DNA from: an uncultured Pelagibacteraceae bacterium
Lineage (GTDB): Bacteria > Pseudomonadota > Alphaproteobacteria > Pelagibacterales > Pelagibacteraceae
Direction: 5' to 3'
DNA length: 64,000 nucleotides
Assembly: GCA_902561765.1 (NCBI GenBank)
Contig: CACEQR010000003.1
Coordinates: 44,833-108,832, forward strand
Part shown: piece after piece, positions 1 through 9,500 of the stretch
Position numbering within the stretch: the first letter of the stretch is position 1
How the letters are laid out: each line of letters begins with the position of its first letter
The notes under the pieces: generated by a model
Seen by the model: the letters and a program-made list of their open reading frames with translations, nothing else
Database searches by the model: none
What the model was told of the DNA's origin: nothing
Made by a program: the position numbers and the translations under genes

Positions 1-1046
1 GGTATCACTAATTTTAGTGCTTGAGGCAAGATTACAAAAATATGCATTTTCCAATAACCCATTCCCAAAGATTTTGCAGCATCATATTGACCTCTAGGTA
101 AAGATTGCAACCCTCCTCTAATAACCTCAGCGCAGTAAGCGGCTTCGAATAATGTAATTGCAATGATTACTCTTACTAATTTATCCATAAAAAAATCTTC
201 TGGTAAGAACATTGGAAACATTACAGAAGACATGAATAAAACTGTAATTAATGGAACTCCTCTCCAAAACTCAATGTAGCAAATAGATATATATTTTATT
301 ACTGGAAGATTTGATCTACGACCAAGCGCAAATATCATTCCTAAAGGAAAACAGAATATTAAACAAAAAAATGAAACTATAAATGTTAGTGATAAACCTC
401 CCCATGCACCTGTTTCAACCCACTGAAGTCCAAAAGATCCTCCAGAAATTAAATAGTAAATAACTAGATATGCAATAACTGGATAAATTATTACATAGTA
501 TAATGCTAAATATTTTTTTAAATTTTCTTTCATGAAATATCCAACGAAGCCTAGAGCTATTACTAAAATGAATGCAGTATTTATTCTCCAATGAAATTCA
601 TTTGGATACATTCCATACATAAATCTTCTAAACCAAACTTTAATATAAGTCCAACAGGCTCCAGTACCTGTGCATGCATCTTTTGAGTCTCCTGAAATAT
701 TAGCATCAAAAATCATCCAACTTAAAGATGGAGGTAGAGCCTTTATAATAGAAAAAAGTATTAATAAAGTTAATAGAGCATTAAAATTATTAGTATTTAT
801 ATTTTTATTTAATAAGTCTAATGTTTTATTTCCAGAGTAATCAATTCTCATCATATTTAATCCAATCAAACCCAAGATTAAAGGAAATAAAGTGGTTAAA
901 GAACCAGGTAAAAAAGATGTTAAATTTGTTTTAAGAAAAGCATTTGATATTACATCAATTAAACTTATTAAAATTAAAACAGAACCAATAATAGAGTAAT
1001 TTTTAATATTGTCTCTATTAGGTTTTAAAAAATTTATTGCTTGCAT
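1..1046 (-). CDS. aapM: General L-amino-acid ABC transporter permease (AapM/BztC type), runs off the left window edge
   Basis: Not in the ORF track. Manual translation from ATG at 1046: MQAINFLKPN...GACWTYIK...WGGLSLT...IEFWRGVPLITVLF...EAAYCAEVIRGGLQSLPRGQYDAAKSLG (EAA-type loop). Lies directly downstream of aapQ. Confidence 0.9.
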   Translation of the reverse strand, partial: MQAINFLKPNRDNIKNYSIIGSVLILISLIDVISNAFLKTNLTSFLPGSLTTLFPLILGLIGLNMMRIDYSGNKTLDLLNKNINTNNFNALLTLLILFSIIKALPPSLSWMIFDANISGDSKDACTGTGACWTYIKVWFRRFMYGMYPNEFHWRINTAFILVIALGFVGYFMKENLKKYLALYYVIIYPVIAYLVIYYLISGGSFGLQWVETGAWGGLSLTFIVSFFCLIFCFPLGMIFALGRRSNLPVIKYISICYIEFWRGVPLITVLFMSSVMFPMFLPEDFFMDKLVRVIIAITLFEAAYCAEVIRGGLQSLPRGQYDAAKSLGMGYWKMHIFVILPQALKLVI

Positions 1047-1049
1047 TGT

Positions 1050-2201
1050 TTACTTTTCTTTAATTTCAATTTTCTTATTATACCAATTCATTATTGCTGC
1101 AATGGTTAGACTAATTGTCAAATACGTTAACATTGTTATCGAAACAATTTCGATTGCTTTACCTGTTTGCATTAATGCAGTGCCCGCAAATACAAGAACT
1201 AAATCAGGGTATGCGATAGCTGCTGCTAAAGATGAATTTTTAGTTAAATTTAAATATTGGTTTGTTGTTGGTGGTATAATAATTCTTAAAGCTTGTGGCA
1301 TAATTACTAGTTTTAAAACTTGATTAGGTGTCAAACCAACAGAGGCTGCTGCTTCTTTCTGACCTTTGCTTACACCCTCAATACCTGCTCTTACACACTC
1401 TGCTACAAATGTAGAAGTGTATAAAGATAAAGCTAAAACTAAAGCTATTAATTCAGGAGGAAGACTAATTCCACCTTCATAAATATAGGAAATTTTTGAT
1501 AATTTTTTAAGCTGTGGAAGTTCAAATTCTAAAGATACTCCACCAATTAAAAAGGATAAAAGTGGCAAAATAATCAATATAGCTAATGAATATAAAAGAA
1601 CTGGAATTTGTTTTCCTTTATTATCTCTCAAATTATTTGCATAATTTCTCAGTATAATTATTGAAATTATTGCTGCCAGACCACAATATAAAAATACATT
1701 CAAATTTTCCCATACCATTGCTGGTATGTAATAACCTTTTACAGTCATATAGGTCACTCCAAACCATGCATTAGCTTTTTCTGGTAAAGGTAATGCCCTC
1801 AAAGCCGCGTAATACCAAAAGAATATTTGCAATAATAATGGAATATTTCTAAAAAATTCTACATACCATGCTGCAGAATTTTTTATCAAATAATTTGATG
1901 ATAATCTTGCTACACCAATAATTACACCAAGTATTGTACAAAAAATTATACTTATAAATGAGACTAATAAAGTGTTTAAAAGTCCAACTAGGAAAGCCCG
2001 AGCATAAGAGTCAGATCCACTATATTCAATTAAAGAAAATTGAACATCAAAAGACGATTCTTGGGATAAAAATCCAAACCCAAAATCAATGCCTCTATTA
2101 TCCATATTTGTCTGGGCATTAATTGTTAAAAAACCAAATATAAGAACAACAAAAAGTATAGCTAAAATCTGAGGTAAAAATTTTTTTATAATGTTGTTCA
2201 T
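1050..2201 (-). CDS. aapQ: General L-amino-acid ABC transporter permease (AapQ/BztB type)
   Basis: YVEFFRNIPLLLQIFFWY, AECVRAGIEGVSKGQKEAA, QYLNLTKNSSLA motifs; operon context. Confidence 0.92.
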   Translation of the reverse strand: MNNIIKKFLPQILAILFVVLIFGFLTINAQTNMDNRGIDFGFGFLSQESSFDVQFSLIEYSGSDSYARAFLVGLLNTLLVSFISIIFCTILGVIIGVARLSSNYLIKNSAAWYVEFFRNIPLLLQIFFWYYAALRALPLPEKANAWFGVTYMTVKGYYIPAMVWENLNVFLYCGLAAIISIIILRNYANNLRDNKGKQIPVLLYSLAILIILPLLSFLIGGVSLEFELPQLKKLSKISYIYEGGISLPPELIALVLALSLYTSTFVAECVRAGIEGVSKGQKEAAASVGLTPNQVLKLVIMPQALRIIIPPTTNQYLNLTKNSSLAAAIAYPDLVLVFAGTALMQTGKAIEIVSITMLTYLTISLTIAAIMNWYNKKIEIKEK

Positions 2202-2213
2202 CAGAGTCTATAT

Positions 2214-2246
2214 AAAAAAAAGGGCTAGAAATATCTAGCCCTTTTT
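2214..2246 (-). terminator. Intrinsic-terminator-like hairpin between aapJ and aapQ
   Basis: Stem AGGGCTAGA (2221-2229) / TCTAGCCCT (2234-2242), 4-nt loop, followed on the minus strand by a U8 tract (A run 2214-2221). Confidence 0.8.
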
Positions 2247-2264
2247 AAGTAATTTAGAATAAAA

Positions 2265-3305
2265 TTATCTTGCTGGTGGTACGTATAAAATTCCACCTTT
2301 TGTCCATAATTCGTTTGGACCTCTGTCAGGTAGAATTCCAGTGTCAGCTATGTTTCTTTTGTAGCTTTCACCGTAGTTACCAACTTGTTTGATAATTCTT
2401 AAGTTCCAGTCGTTATCTAAACCAAAAGCTGCACCCAATTCACCTTCAGCACCAACTAATCTTTTGATAGCTGGATTGTTTGAAGTTTTCATCATGTCAG
2501 CATTTGATGAGTTAACACCATACTCCTCTGCTTCGATCATAGTATTTAGTGACCATCTAACTATATCTTCCCATACAGAGTCACCTTGACGTACAACAGG
2601 TCCTAGTGGCTCTTTTGAAATAGTTTCTGGTAAAACTACGTGATCATCTGGAGCTGATAATTTAGTTCTTTGCGCAGCAAGACCTGATTTATCAGTTGTG
2701 TAAGTATCACATCTTCCAGCGTCGTAAGCAGCTACGACTTCATCTGCTTTTTCAAAAACTACTGGCTCGTAAGAAATTCCTCTAGAATCAAAGAAGTCTC
2801 TCATGTTAAGCTCAGTTGTAGTTCCTAAGTTCGTGCAAACAGATGTACCGTTTTTAAACTCACTTGTAGATTTAATTCCCGAACCTTTTCTTACCATGAA
2901 ACCTTGTCCATCATAGAAATTTACACCAACAAACGTTAAACCAATGTCAGCATCTCTAGATAAAGTCCAAGTAGTGTTTCTTGATAAAATATCAATTTCA
3001 CCAGATGTAAGTGCTGTAAATCTTTCTTTTGCACTTAAAGGAGTGAATTTAACTTTAGTTGCATCTCCTAATGTAGCAGCAGCAACAGCTCTACATACAT
3101 CAACGTCAATACCTGTCCAATTTCCAGACTCATCTGCATTTGAAAATCCAGGTAGACCTTGAGAAACACCACATCTTACAAATCCTCTTTTTTTAGTGTT
3201 CTCAAGAGTTTTTGATTTCTTTGCAGCCATTGTTTCTGTTGAAAATGCAAATAGCACAGCAAACATAGCAACCAAAGAAGTCAATCGTTTTACTAATTTA
3301 AACAT
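2265..3305 (-). CDS. aapJ: General L-amino-acid ABC transporter periplasmic binding protein (AapJ/BztA/YhdW)
   Basis: Signal peptide; CGVSQGLPGFS, RNTTWTLSRD, FYDGQGFMV, ISKEPLGP, VGNYGE motifs; SD-like GAGGAAG upstream. Confidence 0.95.
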   Translation of the reverse strand: MFKLVKRLTSLVAMFAVLFAFSTETMAAKKSKTLENTKKRGFVRCGVSQGLPGFSNADESGNWTGIDVDVCRAVAAATLGDATKVKFTPLSAKERFTALTSGEIDILSRNTTWTLSRDADIGLTFVGVNFYDGQGFMVRKGSGIKSTSEFKNGTSVCTNLGTTTELNMRDFFDSRGISYEPVVFEKADEVVAAYDAGRCDTYTTDKSGLAAQRTKLSAPDDHVVLPETISKEPLGPVVRQGDSVWEDIVRWSLNTMIEAEEYGVNSSNADMMKTSNNPAIKRLVGAEGELGAAFGLDNDWNLRIIKQVGNYGESYKRNIADTGILPDRGPNELWTKGGILYVPPAR

Positions 3306-3437
3306 TATTTCTTCCTCTTTTATTTATTTATTTGTTAACAAATTATTCAAAAAGTAATTTTTGAATGCTTAAGTAAAGCAGAAACTAATACAACCATCAA
3401 CTGTAAAAATACCTCATCAATGTTGATCAATTTGTGC

Positions 3438-3514
3438 TGGCGCGCCCTGAAGGATTCGAACCTCCGACCCACGGTTTAGAAAACCGTTGCTCTATCCAGC
3501 TGAGCTAAGGGCGC
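3438..3514 (-). tRNA. tRNA-Arg(TCT)
   Basis: Reverse complement folds as a cloverleaf: GCGCCCT acceptor, anticodon arm ACGGT-TTTCTAA-ACCGT, TTCGAAT T-loop, encoded CCA. Confidence 0.97.
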
Positions 3515-3539
3515 ATTAAAAATATCTTATAATACTAAT

Positions 3540-4949
3540 TTAATTTTTGAAAAGAAATTTTTTAAACAAAATAAGTATTGTTAGCAACTCTACTCTGCCT
3601 ATTATCATGAAAATTATTAAATAGACCTTTGTAAACATTGACAGATTGTAAAAATCAAAATTTGAAAGTTCAAACATAGCAGAGTTAACAGTATTCATTA
3701 TAGTCAAAATCGACAACTTGAAAGATTGTTCAAAATTTATTTCCGATAAAGTAAGAAGTAAAGTTAAAATAAATAATGAAATAATAAAAATAATTATAGA
3801 AAAAAAATATTTATTAATATCTGATTTTTCAGTGTTCTCATTTATTAAAGTAACCTTGTTTGAATAAATTTGATTTGGTTTTGTATGTGATAATAGATTA
3901 TTTATAGAAAATTTTATTAAACTTAAGATTTTTATAACTCTGATTCCAGAACTTGTTGAAAAAAAAGAACCTCCTATAATTACCATAATAAAAAACATAA
4001 ATATTAAATTTGATGGTGTATCAGAAAAAGATATTCCAATATTTGAGATACTACTAGAAATAGCAACAAGAATTGATGGAAAATTATTACTTGTATTTAA
4101 AAAAACAAATGAAAAGGAAATTATAACTAACAAGTAAATTAAAAGATTTAAATCTTCACTTAAAAAATTAATTTTTTTTTTATTGTAAAATATTAAATTG
4201 TAAGTCAAAAAAAGACTAAAAAATGACAGTATCATTGTAAATGATAAAAAAATTTTACTTATGTCGCTGTTAAATAAATAATCAATTCTGTTTACAGGTA
4301 AAAAACCGCCTGAAGAAATTATTGATAATGATAAATTAAAAGCATCAAAAGTTCTTAAATTTAAAATTTTAAATACTATAAAAATTAATAAAGTTAATAA
4401 TGTATAAATTATAATAATTTTTAATGATTGTTTGAAAATTTCATTGTAATTAAAAGACAAGTATTCAGTAAAAGATTTTTTTAAATTTTTATCAAAAATA
4501 TCAATCAATAATAAAATTGAAAAAAGAAAATAAATTCCTCCAATCCATTGAGAAGTAGACCTCCACAAAATTAAGCTTTCATCTAACTGTTTGATATTGT
4601 CAAAAATAGTAAAACCAGTTGAGGTAAAACCTGATATTGCCTCAAAATATGAATTTAATAATGATATATTTTGAATACTAAAATAATAGGGTATTGATAT
4701 TATCAAAGGAAATAAAAAGTATCCGAGTAAAACGGTAAAAATTTTTTCATAGAGCGTAATTTTTTTAATACTTTTTCTATTTAAATAAAATAATAAACTT
4801 CCTAAAATAAAACTAATTGCAAATGTGTATACATAAGTCTCAATATTAAAAAAAATATCAAAATAATTTGAATAAATAATATTTATAAAAGATAAAATAC
4901 TTATGAAGATTAAAAAAGAGCCAATATATATAGAACTAAATTTTGTCAT
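3540..4949 (-). CDS. trkH: Trk system potassium uptake membrane subunit (divergent)
   Basis: FEAISGFTSTGFT, LWRSTSQWIGG, SSGGF, MIIGRVE motifs; adjacent to trkA. Confidence 0.85.
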   Translation of the reverse strand: MTKFSSIYIGSFLIFISILSFINIIYSNYFDIFFNIETYVYTFAISFILGSLLFYLNRKSIKKITLYEKIFTVLLGYFLFPLIISIPYYFSIQNISLLNSYFEAISGFTSTGFTIFDNIKQLDESLILWRSTSQWIGGIYFLFSILLLIDIFDKNLKKSFTEYLSFNYNEIFKQSLKIIIIYTLLTLLIFIVFKILNLRTFDAFNLSLSIISSGGFLPVNRIDYLFNSDISKIFLSFTMILSFFSLFLTYNLIFYNKKKINFLSEDLNLLIYLLVIISFSFVFLNTSNNFPSILVAISSSISNIGISFSDTPSNLIFMFFIMVIIGGSFFSTSSGIRVIKILSLIKFSINNLLSHTKPNQIYSNKVTLINENTEKSDINKYFFSIIIFIISLFILTLLLTLSEINFEQSFKLSILTIMNTVNSAMFELSNFDFYNLSMFTKVYLIIFMIIGRVELLTILILFKKFLFKN

Positions 4950-4956
4950 ATTAAAA

Positions 4957-6330
4957 TTAGATTGAACTAATTCTAAACATGTTTTCTACAGTAGGTAATT
5001 GATCTCTTTTAGATAAAAGAACAACAGTATCATCTTTTTGAAATACATAACTAGAGCGAGGTATGATAACATCTCCGTCTCTTAATATAGCCCCTATCCT
5101 GATATCATCAGGTAAGTTTGAGTCTTTTAGCTGTTTATTTATTAATTCTGATGTTTCTATAATATCAGCTTCTATTACCTCATATTCACCATTTGAAATC
5201 GTGTAAGCATTTTCAATTGTTCCTTTATGAACATGTTTTAAAATACTTGAAACCGTACTCATTCTAGGATCAATTAAATCATCTATTTTTAATGAAGATT
5301 GAAGCAAAGAATAATTGGGCTTGTTTGTTAATGCCATAGTTCTTTTATCTTTAGAAAATTTTTCTACTATTACACTTACCATTAAATTATCTTCATCATC
5401 ATTTGTTAAAGCTAAAACTGTCTCGACTTCATCAATATTAGCTTCGTTCAAAACATCTTCATCTAAACCATTTCCATTAATAACGATAGTATCGTTTAAC
5501 TCATTTGCAATATATTCTGCCCTAGATTTATCTTTTTCTATTATCTTAACTCTTGCAGACTCAAATGATGCCTCAATATTTTTAGCAAGATTAAAACCAA
5601 TATTGCCTCCACCAATTATTAACATTTTACTTGAGATTTTTTCGTTATGACCAAACACAGTCAAAGTCTCTTGCATTTGATTGCTATTAACAACAACATA
5701 TGCTTTATCATTGAGTTGTAATTGATCTGTTTTTTTCATTATTTTAAATTTCTCATTTCTAATAACTCCTAAAATGTATGCATTTAACTTTGGAAATTTT
5801 TTTGTAAGTTCATTTAAGTTTATTCCATGTATAGAGCATTTTTCATTTATCAAAATTTCTAATAATCTAATTTTGTTTTCAGCAAAAGGAACGTTATCTA
5901 AAGCACCAGGTGCTTCCAATTTTCTCTGAATAGATTTAGCAATTTCTATTTCTGGAGAAATTATATAATCTATTGGTAAGTTTTCTCTGTTAAAAAGTCC
6001 GGAATATTTCGGATCAAGATACTCCTGAAATCTAATTCTTGCAATTTTTTTTGGCACTTGAAATAAAGAAAATGCAATCTGGCATATCAGCATATTTATT
6101 TCATCACTTCTAGTTACAGCTATTATCATATCTGCATCTTTAGTATTTGCTTTTTCTAAAATAGCTGGTGATGTAGCCTTACCAACAATTGCTTTTACAT
6201 CTAATGTCTCATTTATTTTTTGTATATCATCACTCGATTGATCAATCATTGTAATAGAATGATTTTGATCAATTAACATTTTTGCGATTGTAAACCCTAC
6301 CCTTCCAGCTCCACAAATAATAATATTCAT
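4957..6330 (-). CDS. trkA: Trk system potassium uptake protein TrkA (two RCK domains)
   Basis: GAGRVG and GGGNIG Rossmann motifs, ALTNDDEDN; 457 aa. Confidence 0.95.
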   Translation of the reverse strand: MNIIICGAGRVGFTIAKMLIDQNHSITMIDQSSDDIQKINETLDVKAIVGKATSPAILEKANTKDADMIIAVTRSDEINMLICQIAFSLFQVPKKIARIRFQEYLDPKYSGLFNRENLPIDYIISPEIEIAKSIQRKLEAPGALDNVPFAENKIRLLEILINEKCSIHGINLNELTKKFPKLNAYILGVIRNEKFKIMKKTDQLQLNDKAYVVVNSNQMQETLTVFGHNEKISSKMLIIGGGNIGFNLAKNIEASFESARVKIIEKDKSRAEYIANELNDTIVINGNGLDEDVLNEANIDEVETVLALTNDDEDNLMVSVIVEKFSKDKRTMALTNKPNYSLLQSSLKIDDLIDPRMSTVSSILKHVHKGTIENAYTISNGEYEVIEADIIETSELINKQLKDSNLPDDIRIGAILRDGDVIIPRSSYVFQKDDTVVLLSKRDQLPTVENMFRISSI

Positions 6331-7685
6331 TAGTTTAGATCTTTCACTCCAAGTAGTTTTAACTTTCTATGTAAAGCCGATCTTTCCATTCCTATAAATT
6401 TTGCAGTCTTAGAGATATTCCCACTAAATTTTTTCAATTGAGAAATTAAATATTTTTTTTCAAAACTTTCTCTGGCTTCCTTTAGGGGAACGGTCAGTGT
6501 TTCTGTTACGGAAAATTCATCTTCTATTGATTTAGATAATGATTCTTTAATAATATTCATCAATTTTTCATTGTCATCGCCTGGTGATAATATAGCAATT
6601 CTCTCAATTAAATTCCTTAATTCTCTCACATTTCCAGGCCAGTCGTAATTTAGTAAATAATTATTATCAATAATTTTAAATTTTTTAAAATTGTTTGCTT
6701 CGCAAATATTTTCAATAAAATAATCTATTAAAATTGGTATATCATCAATTCTTTTATTAAGTGGATCTATCTTAATATTAAAAACGTTTAAACGATGAAA
6801 TAAATCTTCCCTAAAATTACCTAATTTTATTTCCTGTTGAGTATCCTTGCTGTTGGTGCAAATAATTCGAACATCGACCTTAATATCATGATTACTATTT
6901 ATTCTTTTAAATTTTTGGTCTATCACAACTCTTAAAATTTTTGATTGGGTCTCAAGTGGTATTTCAGTAACTTCGTCAATTAACAAAATCCCTCCGGATG
7001 CTTTTTCTAGAGCACCATAAAATATAGATCCATCTTTTTTTTCTTCACCAAATAATTCTAGCTCATATTTCTTCGCGTCTAATAAAGCACCATTTATGAT
7101 AACGAATGGTCCATCTTTTCTATTAGAATTTTTATGTATTTTTCTTGATATTAATTCTTTACCAGAACCTGTTGGGCCACTGATAAAAATTCTACTTTCA
7201 GATTTTGATAATTTGTTTATTTGATCTTTTATAGATAAAATATTAGAACTTTTTCCAACTAACTCAAATGTGTGAAAAAGTTTTGTATTTAAGTTTTTGT
7301 TTTCATTTTTTAAATTATAATTTTCTACAGCTCTATTAACAAAATTTAAAAGTCTTTCTTTATCAAATGGTTTTTGAATGAATTCAAACGCACCTGATTT
7401 TAAGGAATTTACAGCCATCTCAATATTAGCATGACCAGATATCATTATCACAGGCAGATCTGAATTTTTCTTTTTAATATGATCTAAAAGTAAAATCCCA
7501 TCATTATCACCCTTATCTAGTTTAACATCAATAATAGCTACATCAGGAAGTTTTTTATCTATTTCGGTTAATGCTTGATTAAAATTAGCTGCAAGTCTAG
7601 TTTTATAACCAGAATCTTTAATCAACTCATCGAGAATTAATCTTATATCCGCATTATCATCTATAATTAATATTTCAGCTGACAT
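6330..7685 (-). CDS. ntrX: NtrX response regulator (receiver, AAA+, Fis-type HTH)
   Basis: Receiver IIDD/AIIDV/MISGH, Walker A GPTGSGKE, WPGNVRELRN, GMERSALHRKLK; no GAFTGA loop. Confidence 0.93.
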   Translation of the reverse strand: MSAEILIIDDNADIRLILDELIKDSGYKTRLAANFNQALTEIDKKLPDVAIIDVKLDKGDNDGILLLDHIKKKNSDLPVIMISGHANIEMAVNSLKSGAFEFIQKPFDKERLLNFVNRAVENYNLKNENKNLNTKLFHTFELVGKSSNILSIKDQINKLSKSESRIFISGPTGSGKELISRKIHKNSNRKDGPFVIINGALLDAKKYELELFGEEKKDGSIFYGALEKASGGILLIDEVTEIPLETQSKILRVVIDQKFKRINSNHDIKVDVRIICTNSKDTQQEIKLGNFREDLFHRLNVFNIKIDPLNKRIDDIPILIDYFIENICEANNFKKFKIIDNNYLLNYDWPGNVRELRNLIERIAILSPGDDNEKLMNIIKESLSKSIEDEFSVTETLTVPLKEARESFEKKYLISQLKKFSGNISKTAKFIGMERSALHRKLKLLGVKDLN

Positions 7686-9463
7686 TATTTTGTATATGGA
7701 ATTATAATTTGAATTTTAGCACCATTTTTATGATTTAAAAATTTTATTGATCCTTCATGATCACTAATAATTTTATCTACAATTGATAATCCTAATCCCG
7801 TTCCTTTTTCTTTGGTTGTAAAATAAGGTTTAATTATATCTTTGGTTTTTTTGTTTTTAAATCCTGTTCCAGTATCTACAATATTAATATTTATATAATC
7901 TCTTCTTTGTCTAATTTCTATATCTATATTTTTGCCTGTTTTACTATCTTTTTCAGCCTTTTCCTGAATACTTTCAAGGGAATTTTTAATTAGATTAAAA
8001 AATAATCTATTAAATTGTTCATTGTCAAATTTCATTATTACATCTTTTGAAAGATGATTAACTAATCTAATTTTAATAGTAGTATCGAATTTATTAACTA
8101 AATTAATATTATCCTTGATTACTATATTTAGATTATTTTGTTTAAATAATGGTTTTGGCATTCTAGCAAAATCAGAAAATTCATTAACTAAATTTTCAAT
8201 TTGTTTAATTTGTTTTAGAATAGTTTTGAGGTTACTTAAAAATTTTTCTTTTTTTTCATTTTCAACGTTTGGAAGATATTTTGTTTTAAGATTATCTATT
8301 GTTAACTGTATAGGCGTTAATGGATTTTTAATTTCATGCGCTAATTTTCTAGCAACATTTTCCCATGCCTCATGTCTCTCATTGGTAAGCAATTTTTCTT
8401 GTTGATTCTTTAGTCTTTCGATCATTAAATTAAAATTTTTATTTAATTTTTCCATTTCAATGTCTGCTTTTAAATCTGGGACTTTGGTGTCAAGATTTCC
8501 TTTACCAATGCTTTCGGAAGCAGTAATTAAATTATTAATCGATATAAAAAAACGTGATGAAAATCTTATAGCTATAGTAATTGATAAAAATAATAATAAA
8601 GTTACTAGTGTTACATAAATTATTGCGAAAGATATTCTTATACCTAAATTTTGATTTTCAACAGTATAATAAAAATTTACAGCCTCTTCAGATTTAATCA
8701 AATAGTTAGATATGTTTTTATCAATATTTTTTAAAACATATAGAAATGTATTTTCAAAACTAGAAAGTCTTACAACAGCTGCTGATTTATTTTCAAAAGT
8801 ATTTATTATTTTTAAAGGTCTATCATCGTTTTTAACCATCCTTATTGCTCTATCTTCGATTTTTTTATATTTAGACTTTGCTGCCGATCTAATTAAATTG
8901 CCATCTTGATCAATAAGATGAAGTTGGTCTATATCTCTTAAATATCTTTGAGTATTTAATATTATTTGGAACCTTTCTGGATCAGATTTAAATAATTCGG
9001 AATATTTATTTAAATCAAAAGCAATTAAAACTATTTCGGACTCAATTTTATTTCTTTTTTCATCAACATAATTCTTAGCTATTTCATAAGAATTATTTAC
9101 AGCAGTTGTAATTTTTTTATCAAAATACTTATCTAGCGCAAAAGAAAATATAAATAACGAGAATATAGCAATTAGTAATGATGGAATTAATGTAAAAAGT
9201 GCAAATGATACAATATACTTTCTATTAGCAATCGATCCTCTGACATTAATATTATTTTTAATTGAATTTCTAATATCTATAAATATTAATACAAAAAATA
9301 TAAATACTAAAACAATGTTAGAAATTAAAAGAACTTCAAGATTTTCCTCATTAAGTTTTATGAAGCTTTTATTGATAAAAGTTAAAAATGTTAAAAAAGC
9401 TAATGAAATTGTTAAAATAAATATAGCTATGATAAACAAATTTCTTTTTAACAATGCAAACAT
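7685..9463 (-). CDS. ntrY: NtrY sensor histidine kinase
   Basis: TM segments, HAMP, AWENVARKLAHEIKNPLTPIQL H-box, PYFTTKEKGTGLGL; translationally coupled to ntrX. Confidence 0.92.
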   Translation of the reverse strand: MFALLKRNLFIIAIFILTISLAFLTFLTFINKSFIKLNEENLEVLLISNIVLVFIFFVLIFIDIRNSIKNNINVRGSIANRKYIVSFALFTLIPSLLIAIFSLFIFSFALDKYFDKKITTAVNNSYEIAKNYVDEKRNKIESEIVLIAFDLNKYSELFKSDPERFQIILNTQRYLRDIDQLHLIDQDGNLIRSAAKSKYKKIEDRAIRMVKNDDRPLKIINTFENKSAAVVRLSSFENTFLYVLKNIDKNISNYLIKSEEAVNFYYTVENQNLGIRISFAIIYVTLVTLLLFLSITIAIRFSSRFFISINNLITASESIGKGNLDTKVPDLKADIEMEKLNKNFNLMIERLKNQQEKLLTNERHEAWENVARKLAHEIKNPLTPIQLTIDNLKTKYLPNVENEKKEKFLSNLKTILKQIKQIENLVNEFSDFARMPKPLFKQNNLNIVIKDNINLVNKFDTTIKIRLVNHLSKDVIMKFDNEQFNRLFFNLIKNSLESIQEKAEKDSKTGKNIDIEIRQRRDYININIVDTGTGFKNKKTKDIIKPYFTTKEKGTGLGLSIVDKIISDHEGSIKFLNHKNGAKIQIIIPYTK

Positions 9464-9500
9464 AATTTAAAAATATAAGTTAGAAATATTTATTTTTATC

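Noticed and set aside
6330-7685. Missing GAFTGA motif as a sign of a broken sigma54 activator
   Set aside because: Alphaproteobacterial NtrX proteins characteristically lack GAFTGA
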